The notes under the pieces: generated by a model | The model's database searches: none | What the model was told of the DNA's origin: nothing | What the model saw: only the letters and a program-made list of their open reading frames with translations | Made by a program: the position numbers and the translations under genes | Shown: piece after piece, positions 35,560 through 45,622 of the stretch | Position numbering within the stretch: the first letter of the stretch is position 1 | Layout of the letters: each line of letters begins with the position of its first letter | NCBI GenBank assembly: GCA_026388185.1 | Contig: JAPLKG010000008.1 | Span: 198,184-262,183 of the forward strand | Reading direction: 5' to 3' | Source of the DNA: Candidatus Eiseniibacteriota bacterium | Lineage (GTDB): Bacteria > Eisenbacteria > RBG-16-71-46 > JAFGJU01 | Length of the DNA stretch: 64,000 nucleotides

Positions 35560-38500
35560 ATGAGGAACATGCATCTGTTCTGCTGCCTATTGGTCATTTC
35601 TCTTGCAATGCTCTCTGCACAAACAGGGTACGGGGCAACCGGCGGACCCACCGTAAGCGTTTCGAGCGGTACAAGCTACGTCAAGGTGGGCATCTCATTT
35701 GCCGGTAGCTTACCCGCAGTCGTGGACGCCAGCGGCGGAGCTCGCGTTACCCTCACAGGGTGCCTTTCTGGTTCTGCCCCCGGCTATCCCGATCTCCCCG
35801 TATATCTGCTGAGGGTAGAGATTCCCACGGACATGAGAGTGGACAAGATTGATTATGAGGCCGTAGAGAGTATTGGCCTTGAAGGCGCCCGAGAGCTCTC
35901 TTTGACTCCCTTCCCGCTTTCCACGGCCCCCGAGGAGAAAAGGCCCGTGGCAGGCGAAGCCACATTCGACAAGAATGAGTGGTATCCCGTGACGCCTGTC
36001 AAGGCCACGGGTGAAGGTTTCCTCGCTGACCATCGAATCGCCACTTTTCTGGTCTATCCAGTTCAGTACAAGGATGCCGAGGGAAGGCTGAGATTCGACA
36101 AGAGCATGAGCGTCACAATCGAGCTTGCCTCCGACACGGAACGCCCGCTCGAGAGGAAACGCATTCTCCCTACCTCCGAGCGCGAGATCGCCGCTGTCGT
36201 GAGTAAGCTCGTCGTCAATCCGCGTCTCACGAAGATCGCGAACGCCGGGGTCTTCCAGACAACCTCGAGCCAACCGTTCCAGCCGTCGTTTTGTCCCTCG
36301 CTGGACGGAAGTCCGGTGCAATATGTGATCATTACCAACGAGGCGATGGAGTCTAAATTCCAAGTGCTCGCCGATTGGAAAACAAAGAGTGGCACTCCCA
36401 CTGTCGTCAGAACCGTTTCCTGGATACGCGAGAACTATCCCGACGGGTGCGATGTTGCCGAGACCATACGAAAATTCATTCGAGACGCCTACACGAACTG
36501 GGGGACGACTTGGGTTCTGTTGGGAGGGGACAGCGATGTGATCCCGGCCCGGTACGGATGGTCAACCTATACCGGCGGCGAGGGCATTCCCACCGACCTA
36601 TACTATCAGTGCCTCGATGGCAACTGGAACGACGACGGCGATAACTATTTCGGAGAAGGATGGCTGGCGGAGTCTTACCCCGGCGATTACGCGGACCTCT
36701 ATCCCGAAGTCTGGGTGGGACGAGCGCCGGTGAACACTGCAGAAGAGGCACAGTTATTCGTCGACAAGACGCTGGGCTACACCAAGAACCCACCCGCAAA
36801 CTTCGCGACCCATTCTCTCTTCTTTTCGGAAGTACTCTTTCCCAAGACATACGTTCCGAGCGGGACAAAATGCGACACGGTGTCACTGGACGGCACAGCG
36901 CTTTCGGAGACGGCCGTCTCATACCTGCCCTCGTCCTTTCACGTTGCAAAGCTCTACGAGAACTATCTCTGTTTCCCGGGAGCCTATTTGGAGACGAAGC
37001 AGGCCGTGAAGGACTCGCTCAATGTCGGATATGGATTGGCCGAGCACGTGGGACATGGTTACAGAAACACCCTTTCCGTGGCAAACGGCACCTTCGTGAA
37101 CGCTGATGCCGATGCGCTTACTAACGGTAGCAGGGTTGGGATCTTGATTGCCGAGAACTGCACGTCTGCGGCCTTTGACTTCAACTGCATTGGAGAGAGT
37201 TTCATTCTCAACGAGAACGGGGGGTCGGTCTGCTATCTGGGTTCCACCAGATTTGATTATCCGACCACGGCTTGGGTGTTTCAGGATGAACTCTTCAGGC
37301 TCATCTTCCAAGAGGGCGTTACGTGCATCGGTCAAGCCTTGGCCGTCTCGAAGGTTCCATTCATCTCCCTTTCGCAGTCCGACGCCTCGTATAGGTGGAC
37401 GCAGTTCGTCCTGACTCTGTTGGGTGACCCTCAACTGTCCGTCTGGACCGCCGAGCCCGACACCATGACCGTGGCGTACGACGCGGAGATGGTGGCCGGT
37501 TCTCCTTACTTCGAGGTGGAAGTTATGTCGCACGGCTCGCCCGTGGACAGCGCGCTCGTCTGCCTTTCGAAGGCCGATGAGGATTACAAGACGGGCTACA
37601 CGGACGCCGATGGAATCGCGCAGATTCCGTTCGCTCCGGACACTCAAGGTACCTTTACGGTCACCGCGACGAAGCAGGATTTCAGACCGTTCGAAGGGGC
37701 GGCCCAGGTCGTGCTGCCGTCAGCGCCCTACGTGCGCAAGTATGCGGACGGAATTGATGACGACACTGCCGGTCTAAGCGTGGGAAACGGTGACGGCTAC
37801 GTGGACGCGGGCGAGACAATCGAGTATTCGTTACTTCTCAAGAACAGGGGCGGCTCCACTGCCGAGTCGGTCACCGCCGTCGTCGGGAGCACTGACAGTT
37901 TTGTGACTTTCCTCGACGAGGCCGCGAGCTACGGAGACATGGCGTCCGGAGCAGTTGCGCCTCCGGACACGGTATTCCTGCTGCAGGTTTCGCGTGACTG
38001 TCCGGACCAACGCGAAATCGTGTGCACTGTCGAAGCTCGCGATTCTGCCGACAGCGTTTGGACCGACGTGTTTGTTCTCAACGTGCGTGCGCCCGAACTC
38101 TGGCACGCCTCTCATACGACCGTGGACACTTTGAGCGGTGGAGACGGGGATGGGCGGATCGACTCCGGCGAACAGATAGAGTTCTTCGTGACGCTGAGAA
38201 ATCTCGGCGCCGGCAGCGCCAACCAGGTGGTGGGTCATCTCAGTACTCCTGATGCCAACATCACGATACTTGACAGTCTTGCGGTTTTCGGGAGCATCCC
38301 TGCGTGCTCCTCGAGAACTGGCGACGAGTTCAGATTCGTTTGTAGTGACTACGAGGATCATTTCTTCTACCTCAGACTTACGGACACGCTCGGGCTCAAT
38401 CAAGTCTCGCTGTTTGAGCTCAGTGCTCCGGCGGGGCCTTACTATCTCCAGGCTACCGGTAGCTCCTCTTCCGTGAGCCTTGTGTGGACGCCCAACGCCG

Positions 38501-40662
38501 AAACGGATCTACGCGGGTACAACGTGTATCGTAGCGGCAGCGTCTCCGGGCCCTACGAGAAGGTGAACGAATACATCGTCGAACGGACTTCCTACTTCCT
38601 TGACGACGGGCTTCTCCCGTACCAGAAGTACTATTACAAAGTCGCGGCCCAGGATTCCTCCGGTAATGAAAGCGAGCTGAGCCAGTACGTTTCGGTGACC
38701 ACGAACCCGCCGCTCCACGCGGGTGCGCCGTTCGAGTTGGGCGCGCAGCTCACGTCCTCTTCGCCTGCCATCGTGGACCTCGACAAGAGCGGAACGCTCG
38801 AGATAGTCGCCGGCTCGGACAAGATCTACGCGTTTGAGCACGACGGCGCCGAGTACATTAACGGCGACGACGACTTGTTGACGTGGGGAGTCTTCGCGTC
38901 CGAGGGAGAGAAGTTCTCTTGTTCCGTGACCGCCGGCGACCTGGAGCGGAACGGCTCCACCGAGATCGTCTGCGTTGACTGGAATCTGCAGAAGGTTTAC
39001 GTGTGGAATTCAGACGGTACGCTCAGGCAAGGGTGGCCGCAGACCGTCGGGATGAACCCGTGGTCCACTGCGGCGCTCGGCGACATAGACAATGACAATT
39101 CCCTGGAGATAGTCGTCGGAAACGCCGACGGGAAGGTCTACGCGTGGAATCCCGATGGGAGCGAAGTCATCGACGGCGATCAGAACCCGAGTACAACCGG
39201 AGTGTTCGCAGTGACTGGAAGCGCGTGGCTTTACGGCTCTGCCGCCATGGCGGACATAGACGGAGACCAGGTCCCGGAGATCATCATAGGCGGCAGGGAC
39301 GGCAAGCTGTACGCCTGGAATGGTGACGGAAGCTTGGTTCCGCACTTCCCGTACGTAACGAGCGGGTTCATAACGAGCTCTCCCGCGGTCGCTGATCTAG
39401 ACAACGACGGCGCACCTGAGATAGTGTTCGGTTCGGGAAACTACAAGGTCTACGCAATCAATACAGACAGCACGCTCGTCATGGGTTGGCCGAAGACGGG
39501 CATCAATCTGTCGGGAGACATGCAACCCTCTCCCGCGCTAGGCGACATGGACGGCGACGGGCAACTTGACGTCGTCATTGGAACGTCCAACGGCTACGTC
39601 TTTGCGTGGAGGGGATACGACGGTGTGGCGTTGTCCGGTTGGCCGGTGTTTGCGACCAGCTTGGGTAGTCAGTGTTCGCCCGTGCTCGGAGACATAGACG
39701 GTGACGACAGACTCGAGGTGTTGTTCGGGGCCGAAGATGGTCGTCTCTACGGGTGGAATCACGACGGGACCGAGGCGGCGGGCTTTCCCATCCAGATGAG
39801 CGGTGAGGTGAGGGGACCGGCAATCATATGGGACATAGACGGTGACGGATACGTGAACGTGATCTGTCAGAATTGGGACAGGACGTTGTACATTTGGGAC
39901 ATGCCCGGCGAGTTCAACTACAGTAGGGCAAGCTACCCGTGGCCCATGTTCAGACACGACGTCGGAAGAACCGGCTATTTCGTCAACTCCATCCTGACCG
40001 CCGTGGAACTCTCTTCCTTTGCGGTCACGCCTTCACCGATCGGCGTGGTGCTCGAGTGGTACACGAACCTGGACGACACCCTCAAGGCTCAGTGGAACGT
40101 GTATCGCAAGGAAGTGGATCAATCCGATCCCGTGACGACAAGCGGGAGCAGCGGCGTGGCTGCTCTCTCCGGCAGCATTCCCGCAGGGTACGTTCAGGTG
40201 AACAGCGAACCGGTCGAGCCGGTGGCTCCGCACCGCTACAGTTTCACCGATCCGACCGCCGAGGGTGGTCATTCGTATTTGTACCTGCTTGCGAAAGTCA
40301 CGCAGAACGGCGAGATCGTCTTCGGACCGTACGCCGTCCTTGTTCCGGCGTCTTCGGTTCCTCTTGCGCCTGCCCTGGCGCAGAATTTTCCCAATCCCTT
40401 CCAGCCTCACACAGTTATCGCGTTCAACGTTCCTGCCGGTAAGGCGGGTTCTTCTGCACCGACGCACGTTGCGGTGAGAATATTCGATGTGACCGGAAGG
40501 TGCGTGAAGACACTCGTGGATGGGCCAAAGACTCCAGGCTTTTATTCCGTTCACTGGAATGCCACAGGGGATGGTGGCGAGAGAGTTGCTGGAGGAGTGT
40601 ACTTTGTGAGAGCGACGATAGGAGAGTACGCAGCCTCCAGAAAAATGGTGGTGTTGGACTAG
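35560..40662 (+). CDS. C25 (gingipain-family) cysteine peptidase with propeptide, FN3, FG-GAP repeats and FlgD-Ig C-terminal domain
   Basis: Signal peptide, YVIIT, WVLLGGD, TDLYY, VWVGRAP, HVGHG and ENCTS dyad, repeated D.D.DG..E repeats, QNFPNPF..IFDV.GR.V..WN..G.....G.YF tail. Confidence 0.9.
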   Translation: MRNMHLFCCLLVISLAMLSAQTGYGATGGPTVSVSSGTSYVKVGISFAGSLPAVVDASGGARVTLTGCLSGSAPGYPDLPVYLLRVEIPTDMRVDKIDYEAVESIGLEGARELSLTPFPLSTAPEEKRPVAGEATFDKNEWYPVTPVKATGEGFLADHRIATFLVYPVQYKDAEGRLRFDKSMSVTIELASDTERPLERKRILPTSEREIAAVVSKLVVNPRLTKIANAGVFQTTSSQPFQPSFCPSLDGSPVQYVIITNEAMESKFQVLADWKTKSGTPTVVRTVSWIRENYPDGCDVAETIRKFIRDAYTNWGTTWVLLGGDSDVIPARYGWSTYTGGEGIPTDLYYQCLDGNWNDDGDNYFGEGWLAESYPGDYADLYPEVWVGRAPVNTAEEAQLFVDKTLGYTKNPPANFATHSLFFSEVLFPKTYVPSGTKCDTVSLDGTALSETAVSYLPSSFHVAKLYENYLCFPGAYLETKQAVKDSLNVGYGLAEHVGHGYRNTLSVANGTFVNADADALTNGSRVGILIAENCTSAAFDFNCIGESFILNENGGSVCYLGSTRFDYPTTAWVFQDELFRLIFQEGVTCIGQALAVSKVPFISLSQSDASYRWTQFVLTLLGDPQLSVWTAEPDTMTVAYDAEMVAGSPYFEVEVMSHGSPVDSALVCLSKADEDYKTGYTDADGIAQIPFAPDTQGTFTVTATKQDFRPFEGAAQVVLPSAPYVRKYADGIDDDTAGLSVGNGDGYVDAGETIEYSLLLKNRGGSTAESVTAVVGSTDSFVTFLDEAASYGDMASGAVAPPDTVFLLQVSRDCPDQREIVCTVEARDSADSVWTDVFVLNVRAPELWHASHTTVDTLSGGDGDGRIDSGEQIEFFVTLRNLGAGSANQVVGHLSTPDANITILDSLAVFGSIPACSSRTGDEFRFVCSDYEDHFFYLRLTDTLGLNQVSLFELSAPAGPYYLQATGSSSSVSLVWTPNAETDLRGYNVYRSGSVSGPYEKVNEYIVERTSYFLDDGLLPYQKYYYKVAAQDSSGNESELSQYVSVTTNPPLHAGAPFELGAQLTSSSPAIVDLDKSGTLEIVAGSDKIYAFEHDGAEYINGDDDLLTWGVFASEGEKFSCSVTAGDLERNGSTEIVCVDWNLQKVYVWNSDGTLRQGWPQTVGMNPWSTAALGDIDNDNSLEIVVGNADGKVYAWNPDGSEVIDGDQNPSTTGVFAVTGSAWLYGSAAMADIDGDQVPEIIIGGRDGKLYAWNGDGSLVPHFPYVTSGFITSSPAVADLDNDGAPEIVFGSGNYKVYAINTDSTLVMGWPKTGINLSGDMQPSPALGDMDGDGQLDVVIGTSNGYVFAWRGYDGVALSGWPVFATSLGSQCSPVLGDIDGDDRLEVLFGAEDGRLYGWNHDGTEAAGFPIQMSGEVRGPAIIWDIDGDGYVNVICQNWDRTLYIWDMPGEFNYSRASYPWPMFRHDVGRTGYFVNSILTAVELSSFAVTPSPIGVVLEWYTNLDDTLKAQWNVYRKEVDQSDPVTTSGSSGVAALSGSIPAGYVQVNSEPVEPVAPHRYSFTDPTAEGGHSYLYLLAKVTQNGEIVFGPYAVLVPASSVPLAPALAQNFPNPFQPHTVIAFNVPAGKAGSSAPTHVAVRIFDVTGRCVKTLVDGPKTPGFYSVHWNATGDGGERVAGGVYFVRATIGEYAASRKMVVLD

Positions 40663-40685
40663 AGGGGCTTGTGTCATTTCCGCTG

Positions 40686-40722
40686 AAGTGAGCCACTGGT
40701 GGTCGCCAGTGGCTCACTTTTT
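40686..40722 (+). terminator. Intrinsic terminator
   Basis: 14-bp perfect stem AAGTGAGCCACTGG/CCAGTGGCTCACTT plus T tract. Confidence 0.85.
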
Positions 40723-40824
40723 GGAGAGCTTTGGACTGGACAAGAGGTCAGGTGAGATGTAGCTTCACTTGAACTCAGCTAGATCACGCTAACTCTGAGT
40801 GAGTACCGGTCCCCACGCGCGAGG

Positions 40825-42324
40825 ATGCCACACGTGTCCGATCTTCCGAGAGTGAGATTTGCACCAAGTCCGACAGGATATCTTCATGTGGGCGGTGCGA
40901 GGACGGCGCTCTTCAACTGGTTGTTTGCCCGTTCCAAGTGCGGCACGTTCATTCTCAGAATCGAAGACACGGACTCGGCGCGTTCCACGGAAGAATCTCT
41001 GGGCACGATCCTGAAGACCATGCTCTGGTTGGGACTAGACTGGGACGAAGGGCCTGGCAAGGAAGGTGCAGCGGGTCCTTACTTCCAATCCAGGAGGATG
41101 GATACCTACCTTAGGTTCGCGTCCGTGCTCCTGGCGTCTGGACATGCTTACAAGTGTTTCTGTTCGCTCGAGGAGCTCAAAGAGAGAAAAGCAGAGCTGC
41201 TGGCACAGAAGCACGCCTCCCACTACGACGGAAGGTGCAGCGCACTCTCGGCAAGTGAAATCGCTTCTCGAGAGAAAAGGGGAGAGCCCTGCGTTTTGAG
41301 GTTTCGGGTGAGGGCAGGCTCGACGGCTTGGGAGGATGCTGTCAAAGGTCGAATAGAGTTCGCCAACACCGAGCTCGATGATTTCGTCATCCTGCGTTCG
41401 GACGGCACCCCCACGTACAACTTTGCCGCCGCGGCGGACGACATTTCCATGCGAATCACGCACGTCATCAGGGGTGACGAACACGTCTCGAATACTCCCC
41501 GGCAGCTTCTTCTCTACGAGGCCCTCGGCGAAACCCAACCCATTTTTGCCCACATTCCTATGATTCTGGGGCCGGACGGGACAAAGTTGAGCAAGAGGCA
41601 CGGAGCGGTTGCCCTTTCGCACTACGAGAGACAGGGTTTCCTTCCCGAGGCAATGGTGAACTTCCTTGCCTTGTTGGGTTGGTCTTACGACGGAAAACAG
41701 GAGATCTTCAGCACGAGTGAACTAGTGGAGAAATTCTCTCTGGAACGGGTGGGTTCAAACCCGTCGGTTTTCGACCAGGAGAAACTCCTGTGGTTGAATG
41801 GGCAATACATGAAGAGACTCTCGCTCTCCGAGAGGACCGACTTGGTGACGCGCTATCTGCGCGAAGTAGAAGGAATGAATGGGGTGGATGAGACGAAAGA
41901 CTGGATTGCCGGCATAACTCAAGCGTTGGGAGAAAGGCTCAGGGTCGCTTCACAGATAACCGAGCAAGCGGATTTCTTCTTCCTCGAAAGGGTGCAATAC
42001 GATGAGAAGGCGAGAGAGCTACTCCTATCAGGAGAGGGAACTCGAGAACTCCTGATTGCAGTGGCCGATGCGCTGGAATGTCTCGGAGACTACAACGCCG
42101 GCTCCATCGAACAAGCGGTGCGAAGTCTGGCGGGAAGGATGAACCTCAAGGCGGGTGAGCTCATCCATCCAGCAAGGGCAGCTCTCACCGGCAAGACAAC
42201 AAGTCCTGGAATCTTCGAGATCATGGAGCTTCTTGGAAGGGAACGATCGGTATCTCGCTTGAGGGAGGCCGCGCTCTTCGCGGGCGCCAATTCTGCTCCC
42301 AGCGAGCCGGGCGAACACGCGTGA
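40825..42324 (+). CDS. gltX: Glutamate--tRNA ligase
   Basis: RFAPSPTGYLHVGG, LRIEDTD, IRGDEH, KLSKR, anticodon-binding domain ending SPGIFE. Confidence 0.96.
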   Translation: MPHVSDLPRVRFAPSPTGYLHVGGARTALFNWLFARSKCGTFILRIEDTDSARSTEESLGTILKTMLWLGLDWDEGPGKEGAAGPYFQSRRMDTYLRFASVLLASGHAYKCFCSLEELKERKAELLAQKHASHYDGRCSALSASEIASREKRGEPCVLRFRVRAGSTAWEDAVKGRIEFANTELDDFVILRSDGTPTYNFAAAADDISMRITHVIRGDEHVSNTPRQLLLYEALGETQPIFAHIPMILGPDGTKLSKRHGAVALSHYERQGFLPEAMVNFLALLGWSYDGKQEIFSTSELVEKFSLERVGSNPSVFDQEKLLWLNGQYMKRLSLSERTDLVTRYLREVEGMNGVDETKDWIAGITQALGERLRVASQITEQADFFFLERVQYDEKARELLLSGEGTRELLIAVADALECLGDYNAGSIEQAVRSLAGRMNLKAGELIHPARAALTGKTTSPGIFEIMELLGRERSVSRLREAALFAGANSAPSEPGEHA

Positions 42325-42365
42325 GCGCCGTAGGTTACTGCCCGCGCAGCGAGCGCACAAAGAGG

Positions 42366-42394
42366 TTGAAAAGGGCCGGGCCGTGTGCTAGGTT
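42366..42394 (+). promoter_or_regulatory. sigma70 promoter for tRNA-Gln/tRNA-Glu
   Basis: TTGAAA-17 nt-TAGGTT with TG extension. Confidence 0.55.
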
Positions 42395-42408
42395 ACGCAG
42401 GACGACAC

Positions 42409-42482
42409 TGGGGAGTCGTCCAGTGGTAGGACGGCAGACTCTGGATCTGCTTACTGGGGTTCGAATCCTCACTCCCCAGCCA
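42409..42482 (+). tRNA. tRNA-Gln(CTG)
   Basis: TGGGGAG/CTCCCCA stem, loop CTCTGGA, GGTTCGAATCC, CCA. Confidence 0.95.
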
Positions 42483-42506
42483 AGATCGCATCGGAAGACC
42501 TTCATT

Positions 42507-42581
42507 GGCGCCATCGTCTAGTGGTTAGGACAGGTGGTTCTCAGCCATCAGACCGGGGTTCGACTCCCCGTGGCGCTACCA
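42507..42581 (+). tRNA. tRNA-Glu(CTC)
   Basis: GGCGCCA/TGGCGCT stem, loop TTCTCAG, GGTTCGACTCC, CCA. Confidence 0.95.
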
Positions 42582-42586
42582 AGCTT

Positions 42587-42616
42587 GCCGGGCATCCGGG
42601 CCCGGCGTATTCTTTT
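42587..42616 (+). terminator. Possible terminator between tRNA-Glu and the convergent gene
   Basis: GCCGGGC/GCCCGGC stem followed by GTATTCTTTT. Confidence 0.45.
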
Positions 42617-42622
42617 GAGGCG

Positions 42623-44128
42623 CTAAAACGGGAAGTTCGTGGCAAGCCAGAGAGAGTAGCACTCCTCCTCGGCATCGGGCACGGTGAAGCACAGAGCCGT
42701 GCCGTCAGGTCTCCACGCAGGCCAGTTCGCGCCGGTGCTCGTCAGTTGGCCCTCGACCGGTGTGGGAGTGGCATCCAGGAATAGAATCCAGACGTTTTCC
42801 GTTCCATCTTGCGAAGAAACGTAGGCCACCTTATTTCCGTCCGGCGACCAACTCGGATGTACACCGGCGACTTGAGAAACCTGCGCCGGAGTTCCTCCCG
42901 CAGAGGGAACTGTGAAAAGATACGGCTCGCCCCCCACGGTCTTCGAGAAAACGATTTGGTCTCCGTCCGGCGACCATGATGGTCTATCCTCCACGACGTC
43001 CGTTGCAATCGGCGTCGCAGATCCGCCTAAACTCGACATGACCTTCAACGAAAAGCTTCCGGCTTCGTCAGCCACGAAGGCGATTTGGTTGCCGTCCGGG
43101 GACCAGACCGGGTAGTTGGCCGTTCCCGTGTAGACGAGCTCCGCCTCCCCTCCGTAGGGATAGCCGCATATCGGCACTTTGTAGATTAGGCTCACGCCCG
43201 TGCGCGATGAAGCAAAGAGAACCGCACAATCGGCGGGGCGCCAAGACGGGCCCCAGCTTTGCTGGGCGCCAGTGCCTGTCTGTATCACGTCCTCCACGGC
43301 GTCCGGCCAGGACGATTCGAATATGGCCAGAACGCGGTAACCCAGAGCGACGTTTTCTGTGCCGCAGGCCACTTTTTCCCCGTCGGCCGACCACGAGCTC
43401 TGCGTAACGCAGTCATTGCCGGTCATCTGCGTCATCGACATCGCTTCTTCGTTCAACTTGAAGCGCACGCGGACGATGCTTCCGTCAGTCACCTCCACGC
43501 TGCTCGCATTCGGGGAGTAGACGTAGGGTGACCTCTCTACTTCCAGAAGGTAGCTTCCCGCAGGGGCGTCGGACATTGTGAAAGGCGTTGAGTACGGGGT
43601 GGGTTCAGAGTCGATCAGTATCGTCGCGCCTTGGGGAAAGCTCTCTATCACGAGATACCCAACGCCCACGGGGACCGCGCGCGTCATCGAGACCTCGTTT
43701 GCCTCGTCGCTGATGTGAACCGTCAACGTACACGTCGCGGCCACAGAAGGCGCTATCCACTCGACCGATTGACCGAGGGAATCTATCAACGTGCCGGCGC
43801 TCGCCCTCCACAGGAAAGTGAGCGGTTGGCCCTCCGGATCGCCGGCGATTGCAGCAGCCGTGATGGTGTCCCCCGGCGCCGCTCTTGGTGGAGTGAGCTG
43901 GATCGCGTTTATCGAGGGAGGAAGGTTTTGAGGGGCGACCGTCTTTTCGTTACCGGAGCAGCCCGCCAGCATCGTGGCCGTGACGAACACGGCGGCTGCA
44001 ACAAGCAAGATAACAAAACCACGCAGCATGTGTTGTGCGGACGATTGTGAACGGAAACCGAACATTCTGGGACCTGCAGCGTACCTCATTCTTTCTCCCG
44101 CGTTCTCGGTCTTGCACTCGCCTCCCAA
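42623..44128 (-). CDS. TolB-like PD40 beta-propeller lipoprotein with PKD-like and PEGA domains
   Basis: Lipobox LAGC, ESFPQGATILID (PEGA), repeated P.WSPDG; start uncertain. Confidence 0.85.
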   Translation of the reverse strand: MGGECKTENAGERMRYAAGPRMFGFRSQSSAQHMLRGFVILLVAAAVFVTATMLAGCSGNEKTVAPQNLPPSINAIQLTPPRAAPGDTITAAAIAGDPEGQPLTFLWRASAGTLIDSLGQSVEWIAPSVAATCTLTVHISDEANEVSMTRAVPVGVGYLVIESFPQGATILIDSEPTPYSTPFTMSDAPAGSYLLEVERSPYVYSPNASSVEVTDGSIVRVRFKLNEEAMSMTQMTGNDCVTQSSWSADGEKVACGTENVALGYRVLAIFESSWPDAVEDVIQTGTGAQQSWGPSWRPADCAVLFASSRTGVSLIYKVPICGYPYGGEAELVYTGTANYPVWSPDGNQIAFVADEAGSFSLKVMSSLGGSATPIATDVVEDRPSWSPDGDQIVFSKTVGGEPYLFTVPSAGGTPAQVSQVAGVHPSWSPDGNKVAYVSSQDGTENVWILFLDATPTPVEGQLTSTGANWPAWRPDGTALCFTVPDAEEECYSLWLATNFPF

Positions 44129-44230
44129 GGCAATTGCGAAACAACGTTACCACATATCCGAGCTTCGTTCAACGCTACCCGTTCCCCGGCATGGCGCGTG
44201 CACCGTCCTTGAGTGACCGGCCGAGGCATG

Positions 44231-44259
44231 TTGCCTGACTCGGATCTTTCTGATAGCAT
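44231..44259 (+). promoter_or_regulatory. sigma70 promoter of the QPTR operon
   Basis: TTGCCT-17 nt-TAGCAT with TG extension; very short leader. Confidence 0.55.
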
Positions 44260-44282
44260 ACGGTAGCGAGAAGAGGAGGCAC

Positions 44283-44894
44283 ATGATACTGATTATTGCT
44301 CTGTACGTCGCGTGCGAGCTCACGGCCAACGTTACGGCTTCGAAGCCGGTTGCACTGGGTCGCATCGTCGTCCCTTCTGCAGTCTTCATCTACACGATGA
44401 CCTTTACTCTCATAGACCTGATAAACGAGAAGCTGGGGAAGAAACGCGCGCGGCAGGTGATTTACAGTACGTTCGCCGCAAACATTTTGCTTGCGCTCTA
44501 CTTTCAACTCGCGATTTCGCTACCCTCTGCCTCGTTTTACTCCAACCAGAGAGCCTTTGCCTCCGTGCTCGGAGCAACGCCGAGGATCGTCGCTGCGAGC
44601 CTCACGGCTTACCTGATGAGTTCCCTCATCGATACACAGGTATTTGCGTGGTGGAGGGAGAAAATAGGTGGGGCCAGATGGTTGAGGGTGCTCATAAGCA
44701 ATTCGATCTCGACCGCCGTCGACAGCGCGTTGTTCATTACTCTTGCTTTCTACGGCCTCATGCCGTTGCTTGCTCTAATTGAAGGCCAGTACCTTGTCAA
44801 GATGACCGTCACTGTGGTGAGTCTTCCGTTGATATATCTGGTGAAGAGCAGAAGGACCGGCGCGGAAGGGAGTGGAGTGTCCTGGGACGCGTAG
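44283..44894 (+). CDS. yhhQ: Queuosine precursor transporter (YhhQ/QPTR, VUT family)
   Basis: ANVTASK, TFTLIDLINEKLG...A, PRIVAASL.AYL.S, SN.IS..VDS.LFITLAF; GGAGG SD. Confidence 0.88.
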   Translation: MILIIALYVACELTANVTASKPVALGRIVVPSAVFIYTMTFTLIDLINEKLGKKRARQVIYSTFAANILLALYFQLAISLPSASFYSNQRAFASVLGATPRIVAASLTAYLMSSLIDTQVFAWWREKIGGARWLRVLISNSISTAVDSALFITLAFYGLMPLLALIEGQYLVKMTVTVVSLPLIYLVKSRRTGAEGSGVSWDA

Positions 44895-45622
44895 TGGGAA
44901 TAGTGGGAGTTCCTCCCATCGAAATAATCGAGAGACTCGTCAAAGGAAGGGACGAGATCGTCGACCTCGACGCCACCGTTTCTCTTGTCGACGTGGAGGC
45001 AGAGGCGAGGCTGATCCCTCGTTACTACTGTGCGATATTGAGAACTGTGCTCTCCAATGCGCTCAGACTCGAACTTGACGAAATCTTCGTGGACGTCGGC
45101 CACGGTAAATGCGATGGCGCTCGTCACATAAAGGAAATTCTTGAAAGAGAGCTTCCGATTCCCATCACGGAAACTGAAAACGACGACGGCGACAGACGCG
45201 GCAATCCCATCTGCGTTTCTTCGATGTCACTCGCTCAGAAGTTTGAGAAGATTGTTGAGAGCGTGAAACATCCGGGTGGGCTGAAAGGCGACTTTTTTCC
45301 GTCCAAAGCCACGTGCGGGTTCTGGGGAGTGCCGCCGAGAGACTTTGGCTTGCTCGAGCTCTTTCCGCCGGAGACTCACGTTTTCGGATGGACGCGATGC
45401 ATGGAAAACAAGACCCCCGCTGACAGAGAACTCGAACTCACGTTCGATCCTTCAATACCGACCGTCTTTTTTGCCCAATCCTTCTGCGCGAAGAACTCTA
45501 TCGCGTATTATCTTGCGCGCGCACACCCCAGAGGATTCTACGTGGATGGAGACTTCGACATCAGCGCGAGCACCAGAGCAAAGGTGGAGGCTTTTCTCGA
45601 ACTCAACGGAGTCAGACGTTGA
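44894..45622 (+). CDS. Uncharacterised Cys-rich protein, probable Fe-S partner of the HgdC-type activator
   Basis: Duplicated G.(V/W)GVPP motif, six Cys, ends TRAKVEAFLE as in HgdAB/HGD-D C-termini; stop/start overlaps on both sides. Confidence 0.6.
   Translation: MGIVGVPPIEIIERLVKGRDEIVDLDATVSLVDVEAEARLIPRYYCAILRTVLSNALRLELDEIFVDVGHGKCDGARHIKEILERELPIPITETENDDGDRRGNPICVSSMSLAQKFEKIVESVKHPGGLKGDFFPSKATCGFWGVPPRDFGLLELFPPETHVFGWTRCMENKTPADRELELTFDPSIPTVFFAQSFCAKNSIAYYLARAHPRGFYVDGDFDISASTRAKVEAFLELNGVRR

Noticed and set aside
40825-42324. GluQ (glutamyl-queuosine synthetase) given the nearby yhhQ
   Set aside because: Full length with an anticodon-binding domain and followed by tRNA-Gln/Glu, so a normal GluRS.
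44160-44282. preQ1 riboswitch upstream of yhhQ
   Set aside because: The promoter leaves a leader of under 20 nt and no preQ1 stem or A-rich tail is present.
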